From contig NC_043004.1 of assembly GCF_006345805.1 (NCBI RefSeq), positions 6,820,001-6,884,000 of the forward strand: a stretch of 64,000 bases of DNA. Direction: 5' to 3'. Shown here piece by piece: positions 52,841 to 64,000 of this stretch. The position numbers were made by a program, and so were the translations under genes. Positions within the stretch are counted from its first letter, which is position 1, and the number at the start of each line of letters is the position of its first letter. The stretch is from Octopus sinensis. Lineage: Eukaryota. The notes under the pieces are model-generated. The model did no database searches and had not been told where the DNA came from. It worked only from the letters and a program-made list of their open reading frames with translations.

Positions 52841-53860
52841 ACAATTTATAAATATTTAGTTCTGCAAAGTTCAAGTATGCACAATAATTTTTGTTTTTCC
52901 TTTTTTCAGAAAAATATTTCCCATAATTCACTGCAACCATTGGCTTTATTTCTAGATCTATCATCACAGACATCATTATAACTAAACATTAGAATTACTA
53001 ACCACTACCACAACAGTTGTAACTGACATTACTGCTACTACTAGTTCTAACTGCATTAACACAGTCACTGTCCTGTTATCATCAACATCATCATAAATAT
53101 GATAGAAGAGATTCCTTGAGGATAATTATGATAACGATGACAGTAATGAGGAGACACAGTTTTCACTGACAAATATTTTTAAATGACAGACAAGTTGCTA
53201 TGGCAAACAAAATTATGCAAAAATAAATAAATAAATAAAATAAACTTCTGATTTGTGTACGAAGTTTACATTTTAAAGTGCACAGGTCAAGTATTACAGA
53301 CTACATGAATTTTTATGCTTCTTTCTTCTTACATATTGATGTATTTTTTTTTTTTCATCTTTTACTGGTTCCAGTCATTGGACTCTGATCATTTAGGAGT
53401 GCCATCTTCAGAGGTTTTAGTCAAACAAACCAATCCCAGAACCTTTTTCTAAAGTTTGGTACTTATTCTACTGTTTTTTTGTTTGTTTTTTTTGCCTAAC
53501 CTCTAAGTTACAGAGATCTAAACAAACCAACACTTAGTTGTCAAAACAGTAGTGGGCATGTGTGTGTGTGGAGGGAATTGCAATCACATAAAAGGACACA
53601 CACATCTACACATACATATAGATAGATACATATACATATTAACTAAAAATATACATGATCATTAATATTTTTCAAACAAAATAACAGCTGGCTCATACAA
53701 TCTAAGTTTCCATCCATCTTCTCATCACCGCCCACTATTCCAGGGAATATTGAGAGGATAGAATTCTCAGGCACCTCCTCCATAGGGTCCCGTCAGAAAG
53801 AACCATCATAACACTGCCCTGCTGGATTCCCAACCATGAACAACTGTGACTATGGATATT

Positions 53861-54074
53861 CTTTTTTGCTCTAGGCCAAGGCCTGAAATTTTGGGGGAGG
53901 GGGCCAGTCGATTAGATTGACCTCAGTATGCAATTGGTACTTAATTTATCAACCCTGAAAGGATGAAACGCGAAGTCGACCGTGGAAGAATTTGAACACA
54001 GAACGTAAAGACAGATGAAATACTGCCAAGCATTTTGCCCAGCATGCTAATGTTTCTGCCAGCTCACCGCCTTA
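53861..54074 (-). mobile_element. SINE family 1 with 15-bp TSD, inserted in a LINE 3' remnant
   Basis: GTGACTATGGATATT at 53846-53860 and 54075-54089. Confidence 0.9.
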
Positions 54075-55139
54075 GTGACTATGGATATTATTGAATCATC
54101 TTGCTTCTAGTCTACCCCTAAGTTTATCAAGGAATATTTCACCAATCAGTGACACATTAATAACATATTTTTTTTTACAAGAAGAAAAAAAGAAAAAAGC
54201 ATTAACAGTATAAAAGATCAAATAATTGAGGAAAAAAACCCACAACTACCCTCACCATAGTACAAAGAAAAACAAAGAAAAAAAAAAACAAAAGGGGGAA
54301 TTAAGCAGCCGAAGATGATGGGTGGGAGTAACAGTTTGTTCACCCCAGAACAAATGGCATGTTTAGCCACACCTTGCAGACATGAGTGCAAAGGTAATAC
54401 TACAGGGAATGGTCAGTGACACTTGCTGCAGCAGCCACCCCACCTTGCAGGGCTCGTTTCTCAGATATGCCACATATATCCCAATTTTGTGGAGGAAATC
54501 AGCAGTGCAGAGTTCAAGAACACCCGAGGTCTCCACAGTGACTAGCTGAATTTGTTTTCTCATTCTCTGTTTTATTCCAAAACACACGTATCCAACCCAA
54601 CCATTGACAAAATCCAGTATCCAGCAGATGAATCAACATCATTCCAGCTTGATATTACAACACAATCTTGAAAGCCCAAATTCTCCCATCAGATCTAAAC
54701 CAACACAAAACACAATCATTCATTAAAATTAATCATGACATTTCAGCCTTTGAACTGGGCTGCCTATAATCTCAATTTACAAGAAACTAAACTTGACACA
54801 TATCAACTTCACCAACACCCGGTGTAACTACTACTAGAGTTTTCAATTACATTTGCTTAAACTAGAGATCAAAACAAAGGCATTATGATCTACTATACTC
54901 ACACAAGAAACTATGTATGGTAGTATATGTAAGATATACTAGATGTTCTAAAACCAGGTAGTAACATAATATTTTATACCTGGAGGTATACCTAGAACCA
55001 ACAGGCTTCAGGTAAGTAGTTGAGTGGCTAATTCTGAGTTAGCACTTTCTTTAAACAGAAAAGACTGAGGCAACCCATCACAACAGTAACAGCCATTTTG
55101 GTGAATCCTGTCACTTATTTGCAGATATTTTCAATAGAC

Positions 55140-55320
55140 ATAGGTGTGACTGTGTGGTTAAGAAGTTTGCTTCCTAACTGCATGGTTCCGGGTTCAGGCC
55201 CACTGTGAGGCACCTTGACTAAGTGTCTTCTACTTTAGTCCAAAGCCAACCAAAGCCTTGTGAGTGGATTTGGTAGAAAGACGCTGAAAGAAAGCCATTG
55301 TGTGTGGGTGTGTATGTATG
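55140..55320 (+). mobile_element. SINE family 2, 5' half
   Basis: TGTGTGGTTAAGAAGTTTGCTTCC..GGGTTCAGGCCCAC..CAAAGCCTTGTGAGTGGATTTGGTAGA. Confidence 0.8.
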
Positions 55321-55514
55321 TATATATATTTCATGCTGGACTGCTGAAATCTACAATTTTTTCATTCTCTCTCTGTCTATTTTATCTTATTCCTTTCTGT
55401 TGAAGTGTGTAGGCTCAAAACATAAAAGACTTCTTCATTTTCCTGAGCATCAAACTAATACACTTGCTTGTTGTTCATACACCTGTTTTCATCTTTTGTT
55501 TTTCAATAAATTTC

Positions 55515-55579
<65 letters not shown>

Positions 55580-56120
55580 AATGTGTATGTTTAGATAGTT
55601 GCATAATAGTTGTAAATGAGCGCCACTGTCATACAAACAGTGGCATTTGTTTCCAATATTCTGCAAACACATGCCAGGTAATGGAAATATTTTCTTGCTT
55701 GGAAACAAGTAAAGGTCGGCAACAGGAAAGGCATGCAGCAATAGAAAATCTTCCCCCAGTAAATTTTGTCTGACTCATGCAAGCTTGGAAAAGTGAATGT
55801 TATGATAGTGATGATGATCTACTTTAATTATAATACCAATGTAATTAATTAATTCTCTTCATATTCATATATTTGAATAAGCATGTCTATATTAAAGCAA
55901 TGTTATGTTAATCACCCCTAATGAAATACTCAGGGTAGGTCAAATAAACTAAGTACAATAATTAACATGCACCACACGAATGATACAATACAGTGTTACC
56001 AAACAGTAATTTTCAGAACAGTAGTGCAAGAATTTAATTATTCACCCCACTGTGCTTCCATAGTTGAACAGAAATTTTTTTTTTTAAATGAAACAATAAA
56101 CATCAAGTAACCTTTATTAA

Positions 56121-56363
56121 CCCTTTTGTTACCATATTTCTGTGGAAATACACTGTCTTTGTTTCAATTAATTTGGAAAATAATTAAGAATTTAATAAAT
56201 TAATTAAGAATTTAGTAAAATAACTGTCATTATTAAGCTGGTGTTTGGAACATAAATTAACAGGAGATTTTGTTGGAATGCTTTCATTTAGATCGCTTTA
56301 AAACAGGAAGTTTGCATCATAGATCCAGGGGCATTCTTGGGCAGGAGGTTGATAATGAAAGGA
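56121..56363. mobile_element. TTAA-type (piggyBac-like) MITE
   Basis: TTAA|CCCTTTT left end, AAAGGA|TTAA right end; body shared with 4836-5070. Confidence 0.6.
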
Positions 56364-57352
56364 TTAAGATTAAGAATGGAAACTGCTATGACTTGTTATA
56401 TTAGGCACTAAAGGCAATTTACAAGAATTTGCATTCACTAAGTTGGCAAAGAAAATTTCAGATGAATTTTGCATCTAAAATCTATAATGATATCAACAGT
56501 CAAAATGCAGGTAACTATTTGTATCTAGATAACTATTTGAATCTTTAATTTGAAAAAGAGCTGTCAAATTTCCAGAAAATGCATTTGTTGCATGAATAAG
56601 TGAGGCATAGTTCAATTCTTGTCAAGGAGGCTCACTTTTGAATGTTATAGCTTTAAAATGTTTACTGATTATCAAAATGTCCGTATGAAAAATATCTAAG
56701 GTATTATTTATTTATGATATATTATACATCTTAATATACAGAAAGCCAAGTCACATGTCCATTACATTTGTGTGTTGCATTCTCTCTGTTTCACACTGGA
56801 AAGAGAAAGCAGTGGCTGTGCTAAGGGAAAGGAAAGAGGGAACCAGATCAAAAATACTAGAAAGACAGGTAGGAGATTAACAGATAAGGAGGGAGAAAAA
56901 TGAAATGACCAGAAGTTGATGGTGAGACAGGTAGTCATGTGGGCAGACAGTGCAATATAGAAAGGAATGGAAAAAAGAGAGAGCATTAGTAAAAAGATAG
57001 AGCTCTACAATAGAGGGGGGGAATTAGAAAGGTAATGCAATAAAATAATGAGAAGTATGCAAGGAGTGAAAGAATGATAGGAAAACAATAGAGAGAATGA
57101 CAGTAATAGTAAATTCTTGGGAAACTGAAGAGAAGAGGTGGAGGCACAGTAGATTTCCATTAAGAGAAAAAGTGAAAGCAATATATATAGGTGGAGAGGA
57201 AGAGAAGATATAATGATGTAAGTTATACAGTAAAAATAACAAAAGAGAGAAATACATCAAAAGATAAAGGATCAAGGCTTGATTTTTGATGGATACTACA
57301 TTTACGAGAAATGGGGAGAGGGGGGGGCAGTGATTTAAAAGTTTCAGCCTGC

Positions 57353-57394
57353 TGGTCTGATGAAGGCTGGCAAACTGAAACTATGAAGTCACTA
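57353..57394 (+). ncRNA. Type I hammerhead-ribozyme-like motif (probable Penelope-like element remnant)
   Basis: TGGT-CTGATGA-A-[GGCTGGCAAACT]-GAA-ACT-ATGA-AGT-C-ACTA. The conserved core and a GUC triplet are present, stem II is weak, and AATAAA follows at 57420. Confidence 0.4.
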
Positions 57395-57813
57395 TCACCT
57401 CCACTTTCTGTAAAAGTTTAATAAACATGTACTCTAATGAAAGCATTGAGTAACTCCTCAATTTAATGTTAAATGGTTTTTATATATAACTTGATATAAA
57501 AACAATATATATATGTATGTGAGTGTGTGTAGAGAGAGAGAGAGAGAGAAAGAGGGAAAGAAAGAGAGAGAATTGAAGAGATGGACAAACAAATAAGATA
57601 TAAGGAAGAATTCAATAACTGGATGCATGTTCTAACTCATGCTTTGCCTCTCACAAATTGCTTTAGTAATTTAAACTAGCACAGTAGTTAGTACAGGAAC
57701 ACACACACATACACACAATATATCTGTTCACCTTCCCATTCATTCATATTCCTACTACTGCTACAACAATTCTATTGATGATAGTGGTAATGATGCTGAT
57801 ACCATCCCTCTCT

Positions 57814-57851
<38 letters not shown>

Positions 57852-58208
57852 GTGAGTAAATTGCTTTCAGGTGAATCTTCAATAGATAATTTTCTCTGAA
57901 ATCTTGCAAAGCGGAATATATTAAAATAAACCATTAGATTTCTTGTTCAGTTTTTAAACTTAATACGCAGAAAATGTATTTATTTATTCATTTCTGTGCG
58001 GAGAGCCAAGTCCATTTCTGAAACACATAGTCAAGGCTATAATTTATGAGAGTGAGCCAGCTGTCCAACCAGGTTTGCTTTGTGAGGAAGAGAGAAAGAC
58101 AGACAGACTGACAGAGTGAGTGAGTGAGTGAGAGAGTAAGAAAGAGAGAAAGTATTTGTAAATGAAAAATTTATATGAGTGAGCATAAGAGAAAGTGTGT
58201 ATGCATAC

Positions 58209-58255
<47 letters not shown>

Positions 58256-58284
58256 GTGTGTGTGTATGTATGTATGTATGTATG

Positions 58285-58332
<48 letters not shown>

Positions 58333-59972
58333 ATATATATATAGATATATATAGATAGATATATATATGTATGCTTGTGTGGTTATGAGTATAAATAATT
58401 TTATATATAGTTATAGATAAAGCAGTCAAATTTTTATTTGAAGGAGCACTCAATAACTTTAAATAGAATAACAAATGTATGTATTTATTCTTTCCCTGGT
58501 TTCAGTCATTGGACTGTGGCATACTGGAGCAACATCTTTTCTTTTTCTCTTTTCTTTATTTATCACAATCATCCACGTATCTATATAAGTCTGGTACATA
58601 TTTTATCAATCTCTATTTGTCAAACTGCTAAGATAAAAAAAAATGAAACTGTAATTCTTTAGATTTAAAATTCCAATGTTTGCACAACAGTAACATGCAT
58701 TTTTTATTTTTTTATTTTTTTTTTTTGTCTTTAGAGGGACAGTTATTTTAAATTTCTAAGACATAAAGACCATCTTTTATCTTTTCACTTGTAGCATGGA
58801 CTACAGCCATGCTGGGGCATTGCTTTGAAGGGTTTTGAGTCAAATAAATTGACCCCAGTACATATTTTTAAGTCTGGCACTTTTGTATTGATATCTTTTG
58901 CTGAACTGCTGAGTCACAAGGATGTAAACAAACCAACACATGTTGTCAAGCATTAGGGAAGACAAGCCCACATACAAGCTTCTAACTTGCCAGCTCCTGC
59001 CAAGCCATCCAACCCATGCCAGCATGGAAAACAGACATCAAATGATGATGATGATGGCATACAATAAGCTTCCAGGCAGTTTCTTTCTACCAAACTCAGT
59101 CACAAGACATTGGTTAGCTTGGGGTTATAGCAGAAAATACCTGCCCAAAATGCTACACAGTGAGACTAAATGTGAAACCAGGTAGTTGCAAAATGAGTTG
59201 TGTGTATATACATTTTTTGGTATTTGTTTTATACTAGTTTAAAAGCCACACTCCAGAAGGCTAAATGGGCCAGCAGCCTAAAACTAAAGAGAGCTAAATA
59301 GCATGACTATAAAATGTCTATAATGACTATATGACCCAGTAGTGTTTGATCAGAGGTTAAAGACAGATGAGAATTAATTCTGTAATGCAATCATTCCATT
59401 GTTCCAGTCTCAAGTTGAATTCCAACTTTTGGCCAATTTGTCACAAAGTTCTTATCTCAAAGTAAAATTAATGAAGCAAATGTCATTTATCTCCCCCTTG
59501 ATCTCTGACATCATCTGACAAATGCCAACCAAGATGGCAAGAGTCAAGTAGAAATAGCAACCCAAATGCTTTTAAATCAGATCGCAATGGTGGATGTTCA
59601 ACAACCAAATAAAGGGTAAGTTTTCAATCCTGGGATCATCCTAATTCCAAAAAAAAGTTATATGTCTGTGTAGAGCAAATGTAGACTGAGATACAGGAGT
59701 TCTGGACAAACAGAATTTTGTGTTTGCTATTATAGATAGCAGCTGTTGAACAATAGTACGGTTAATAACAGGTTTCCAATGAGCTAATCAATTCTTTCAA
59801 ACAAGAATGCATCTAAACATTGATGCCCTGTTAGAACACCAAATACTGCATTATTTGCCTTGAGAGATCCTCTCATATAGGTGCTTAGTGCATAAAAGCA
59901 TACACATAGATCACAGCAGACAAAATTCATCTGTCATGGGAGCCACACATAAAAGCATATATTTATGAGAAG

Positions 59973-60092
59973 GGATATTAATAGTTATTGCCAAGCTAAC
60001 ATGGCAGTCCAGAAAAATAGGACAAATGCTGGGCAACATTTGTCCTACTTTTCTGGACTGCCATGATAGCTTGGTAATAACTATTAATATCC
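59973..60092. repeat. 120-bp near-perfect palindrome (56-bp arms, 8-nt loop, 3 mismatches)
   Basis: Arm 59973-60028 is the reverse complement of 60037-60092 at 53 of 56 positions. Confidence 0.95.
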
Positions 60093-61115
60093 AGTACCGC
60101 TGCTGTAGCCTCTTTTAGAGAGACTCGGAAATATTAATATTTCTATATTAGAAGGGAGTTTCTTTGAAAAGAACCTGATTTTTTAACTTGTTTGATAATA
60201 TTTACAACAGCAGCATAGAAAGAATATGTGCCACTTGGAGCAGCCCCTGAGTTTACACACACCTCCCCTCCTCACACAGACCCAGGCATCCAAGCTTAAT
60301 ATAGGCTTATGCAGCATATCTAAAACTGCTGCCCCAATAAAAGCATCATCTGGGACAGACTCCTCCCCACCCAACAACAGTACTGATTTACATATCACAC
60401 AATGGGCTTCTGTACAGTTTCCATCTAACAAATTCAACTCACAAGGTACTATGGTCAATTTGAAGCTATTACACGATACATACACAAAGTAGGGTGTGAT
60501 GTGACCAAGCCTTGAAAGAATGACTTTTAATGAATGAAAACAAAGATATTTGGTAATACAACACCAAAGCATTGTAACCTGTATGCTCGTGTGTATGGGT
60601 GCCTGTATGGCTGTATATGTACATATATGTATGAGAGTTAGAGAGAGTGGGGTAAGTTAAAAAAAAAAAGAAGAGATGCATGCCAAAATGAGAAATATAT
60701 ATATTATGGAGAATATAAGTATTCCAAATAACACAAGGAAAAAACATAATTACTGCATTTGAAAAGTAATATAATACTATACACAAATACAGTCTGCATT
60801 AGGGCTGCATGGTGTGTGTGTGTGTGTGTGTGTGTGCCGTCCATTCATTAATGTCATTCATTCATAAAAAACCTCTCAGTTGTTTGTTACTAATGTTCCC
60901 CAGCATACCTTTTTAGGTGATATAATAAGAGATAGATAAAACATTATTTAAAAGGAAAGGAGAAGAACAGGTAGCTTCAAGATAATTATAGTAAATGACT
61001 GATATGACTGAATAGATAAGGTATCCAGCTTTATGAAATATTTCATACATGTATGTATTCTCTCTCTCTCTCTCTCTCACACACACGCACGCACACACAC
61101 ACACACACACGCACG

Positions 61116-61152
<37 letters not shown>

Positions 61153-61563
61153 TTGAAGCTGAGGTTTCATTGCAAATCTGAGTTTCAGAACTCAACTTTT
61201 CACCATGACTTTCAAACTTAAGATAAATAAATAGACTATTCTGCAATATGTTTTGAATACTCTCTCTGTCTCTGTCTGCCTGTCTCTCTCTGTTTGTAAA
61301 TTCAAATGTAAACATATGCACACACTGATATATACATGTGTGTGTGTGTGTGTAATTATTATTATTATTGCTGAAAATAGACACAAGATATTTTGTATTA
61401 TGTGATAATAAAAAAACCTAAGTGGTGATTGACTGAGCAGTCAATGGCTTACAAATAAAGAAGTGAGACACAGAGCAGAAAACATGGATGATTCAAAACC
61501 CTCCTAATCTCATTTATGTGTTAGATGGGTATAGTCACTTAACACAGATATTTGCACACATTA

Positions 61564-61815
61564 AAGGCATGTGGCCTAGTGATTAGGGCATTGCACTTAG
61601 GATCATTCGATCATGGTTTCAATTCCTAGACCAGGTGACACATTGTGTCCTTGAGCAAAACACTTCATTTCACATTACTCAAGTTGACTCAGCCATACAT
61701 GAATACCCCTGTGATGGACCGGTGTCCCATTCAAGAGGAATATTCTTATCTCAGTCGCTTATACATCATGAAAACTGGGTAACTGGCCTGATGAGTCCTA
61801 GGGTTTAAGACACAA
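61564..61815 (+). mobile_element. tRNA-derived SINE (family-3-like head, different tail)
   Basis: TGGCCTAGTGATTAGG A-box-like, GGTTTCAATTCC B-box-like, CCTTGAGCAAAACACTTCATTTCAC core. Confidence 0.7.
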
Positions 61816-61999
61816 CTACATATGTGTAAGCATTAGTGAACATACTAAAGAACGAAACCAAAAGTCTCATGGAATCAAGTTTAAAGACTTTAATGTCTTA
61901 TGTTTCAGATTTCTCTTTTTGTTTTTTTTTTTTTGTTTTTTGGGGTTTTTTTTTCCTTCCATTCCATTAGTTTTGATAAAATAAACATCGGTAGCTTAC

Positions 62000-62069
62000 A
62001 AGAGGAATGAAACCTACGGACAATATATTCATCATTTTATTATATGTGTGTCTGTGCACGATAGCGAAA
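62000..62069 (-). CDS. Candidate exon (C)FAIVHRHTYNKMMNILSVGFIPL, hydrophobic, unassigned
   Basis: Acceptor GTTTATTTCAG, donor CTT|GTAAGC, one open frame; the phase-2 start fits the exon at 62712-62792. Confidence 0.35.
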
Positions 62070-62711
62070 CTGAAATAAACTAACACAATCAAGCATGAAA
62101 CTAGATGTGCCTATGACAGAAGGTTCTGCGAATGAACTCAGTGTGAGGAATATGACAATAAACCATTATGTAATATGACTATAATAAAGTTTTAAGATGA
62201 AACAAATAAACCAACATGGAATATGCCAGTGTGAATTACTTCAAGCAGAGACAGAGAGAGAGAGACTCTGTGTGTGTGAGTGTGTGTGTATGCATGTCTG
62301 TGTGCAATACGCAAAATCAGATCAGCAGGAATGCAAGCGAAATGATCAAAAGGCAACATAGAAAGATAGCTAGATAACTGGACAGACAGATGCAGCTATA
62401 GAATGAATTACTAAAAGCCATTTAACCAGAAATAAATTCATCAGGATGAGATACCTGTTTAGAGTTTAGAAGTGAAGGGATTTACTTCCAGAATTCTCTC
62501 AGCATACAGGTCACTGACATTAAGAGTGGTGGTGATGGTGGTGGTGGGCTCTTTAATAACCCCATACAAATGACCAGTGTGCTGGGCATTTAGAAACCAC
62601 AAAGCAGAATTCACAGGCAAGATATTGGATGTTGGAAAATATCAGAAAAGTTTCCTGAATCTCATTGACCACAGCTGGGCATTAGCACACTTCAGAACCA
62701 GATTCACATAC

Positions 62712-62792
62712 CATAAATGGACATTAACCAAACACCATAGCAGAACAATTTGCTGACCAAAGCTGGACAACAGCATAGCTAAGGCAGTAAAC
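62712..62792 (-). CDS. Candidate exon FTALAMLLSSFGQQIVLLWCLVNVHL, hydrophobic, unassigned
   Basis: Long pyrimidine tract TTTATTTATTTCTTTGTTAG, donor ATG|GTATGT, 81 nt, only the phase-2 frame is open. Confidence 0.4.
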
Positions 62793-62888
62793 CTAACAAA
62801 GAAATAAATAAATAAAATACTAGAATTACTAAAAAAAAATTAAAAAAAAAAAAAAGCACTGTGTGATATGGTGATGATAATGATAATT

Positions 62889-63106
62889 TCTTTCTATTGT
62901 AGACACAAGGCCTGAAATTTGTGGGGGCTAGTTGATTACATTGCCCCCCCCCCCCCCCCAGTGCTCAAGTGGTACACATTTTATTGACTGCCAAAAGGAT
63001 GAAAGGCAAAGTCAACCTCGGTAGAATTTGAACTCAGAATAAAGAACTGGACAAAATGCTTAGCAGCATTTTGCTCAGCATGCTAGTGATTCTGACAGAT
63101 CACGAC
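62889..63106 (-). mobile_element. SINE family 1
   Basis: Reverse complement of the family-1 core and tail B. Confidence 0.8.
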
Positions 63107-63349
63107 TGATCATGATGGTGATAACCCTTTATCTTCTACAAAAGTAACAAATATAATAATACAATGCAGTATAGTACAATACAAGGGATATAAATGGGGT
63201 TTTACAAATAGATAAATATATACTCATCATCACCATTTTACATAAAGATAATCTAAGGTTTCAGGATTACAAAATGTTCAAAACAATCTCTTAGAGAATC
63301 AGAGCACAGAATACCATCTATTCTGGATAACTGATCCTATTAACACATT

Positions 63350-63560
63350 TTAATCAACATTTAATGTCTGCGTTCCATACTGGCACAAGTTGGGCAATTT
63401 GACAGTATCTGACTAATCTGAGGGTTGCATTGGTCTCCAGTTACTGCTTGTTGGCAAGATTTCTGCAGTTGGATGCCTTTCCTAATGCCAACCACTTTAC
63501 AGTGTACTAGGTGCTTTTTTTTTTTTTTGTGGCACCAGCACTAGTGAAATCAAAGGAAAG
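63350..63560 (-). mobile_element. RTE 3'-tail fragment, diverged
   Basis: TTGGATGCCTTTCCTAATGCCAACCACTTTACAG..GGCACCAGCAC motif. Confidence 0.65.
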
Positions 63561-64000
63561 CAACAATGTTTGTTATCATTTTATATAAGTCAAGCAACTG
63601 CACAACTATTTCATCTAAACTGCATCCCAAAAGTGAAGAATTTCTTCTTCAAGACCAGAAAATACTTCAGTTCTAAGCAATTGCTGATTCTTTAGAAGGT
63701 AATAAGTAACCCTTCACATTAGACTGCTAACATATATTGAGACAATGAAAATTCTATACATGCAAATATTTGTGTCTTTCAGAGACAAACCAGAAAGCCT
63801 TCACTACAACTGCTTGGTCACTAATATACAATGTCATCTTTATTTTATCGGTTGCAATGATCTCTGCCCCATTCAAACTGTATACCACCATTGTCCAAAC
63901 TTACTTTATGCAACTATTTCTCCACTTCTGAACACACTTATTCTTGTCAATCAAACAGATCTAATTTCCTTGCTACTTTTATTCAATTTTATGTTTAATT

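Noticed and set aside
61788-61815. CTGATGA-GTC..GAC hammerhead-like start
   Set aside because: Followed by ACAAC rather than GAAAC, with no stem I/III pairing; it lies in a SINE tail.
2337-63106. tRNA-like A/B boxes at many positions
   Set aside because: All are SINE heads followed by SINE cores; none forms a full cloverleaf with acceptor stem that I can support as a tRNA gene.
63781-64000. Plus-strand hydrophobic open frame after a TTTCAG acceptor, running off the window
   Set aside because: The minus strand resembles a decayed LINE endonuclease fragment (VKAFWFVSER), so an antisense open frame by chance is as likely. It cannot be resolved without the next window.

Overview
AT-rich, repeat-saturated metazoan genomic DNA that is mostly intronic or intergenic. 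The SINE/LINE families and very long (TA/CA)-based arrays look like a coleoid cephalopod (Octopus-like) genome; this is inference from pattern recognition, not a database result. No complete protein-coding gene is visible. I can support only a probable last coding exon on the minus strand (14138-14249) and a tentative phase-compatible minus-strand exon pair (62000-62069, 62712-62792). Most ORF-track entries are microsatellite artefacts. Recognisable mobile DNA includes a young 5'-truncated RTE LINE with an open RT frame and an embedded PHD-type finger, a CR1-clade RT fragment, a Dong/R4 fragment sitting in (TAA)n, a hAT deletion derivative with an 8-bp TSD, two non-autonomous Helitrons, TTAA-type MITEs and many tRNA-derived SINEs. 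The best leads are: (i) a TSD-flanked tRNA-headed SINE whose tail carries a Penelope-type hammerhead-ribozyme motif, plus a second hammerhead-like motif at 57.35 kb; (ii) two long fold-back palindromes (20749-20989, 59973-60092); (iii) a CR1 LINE/SINE pair sharing a 3' stem-loop; and (iv) the PHD finger inside the RTE polymerase. None of these is shown to be novel; each needs the stated searches.
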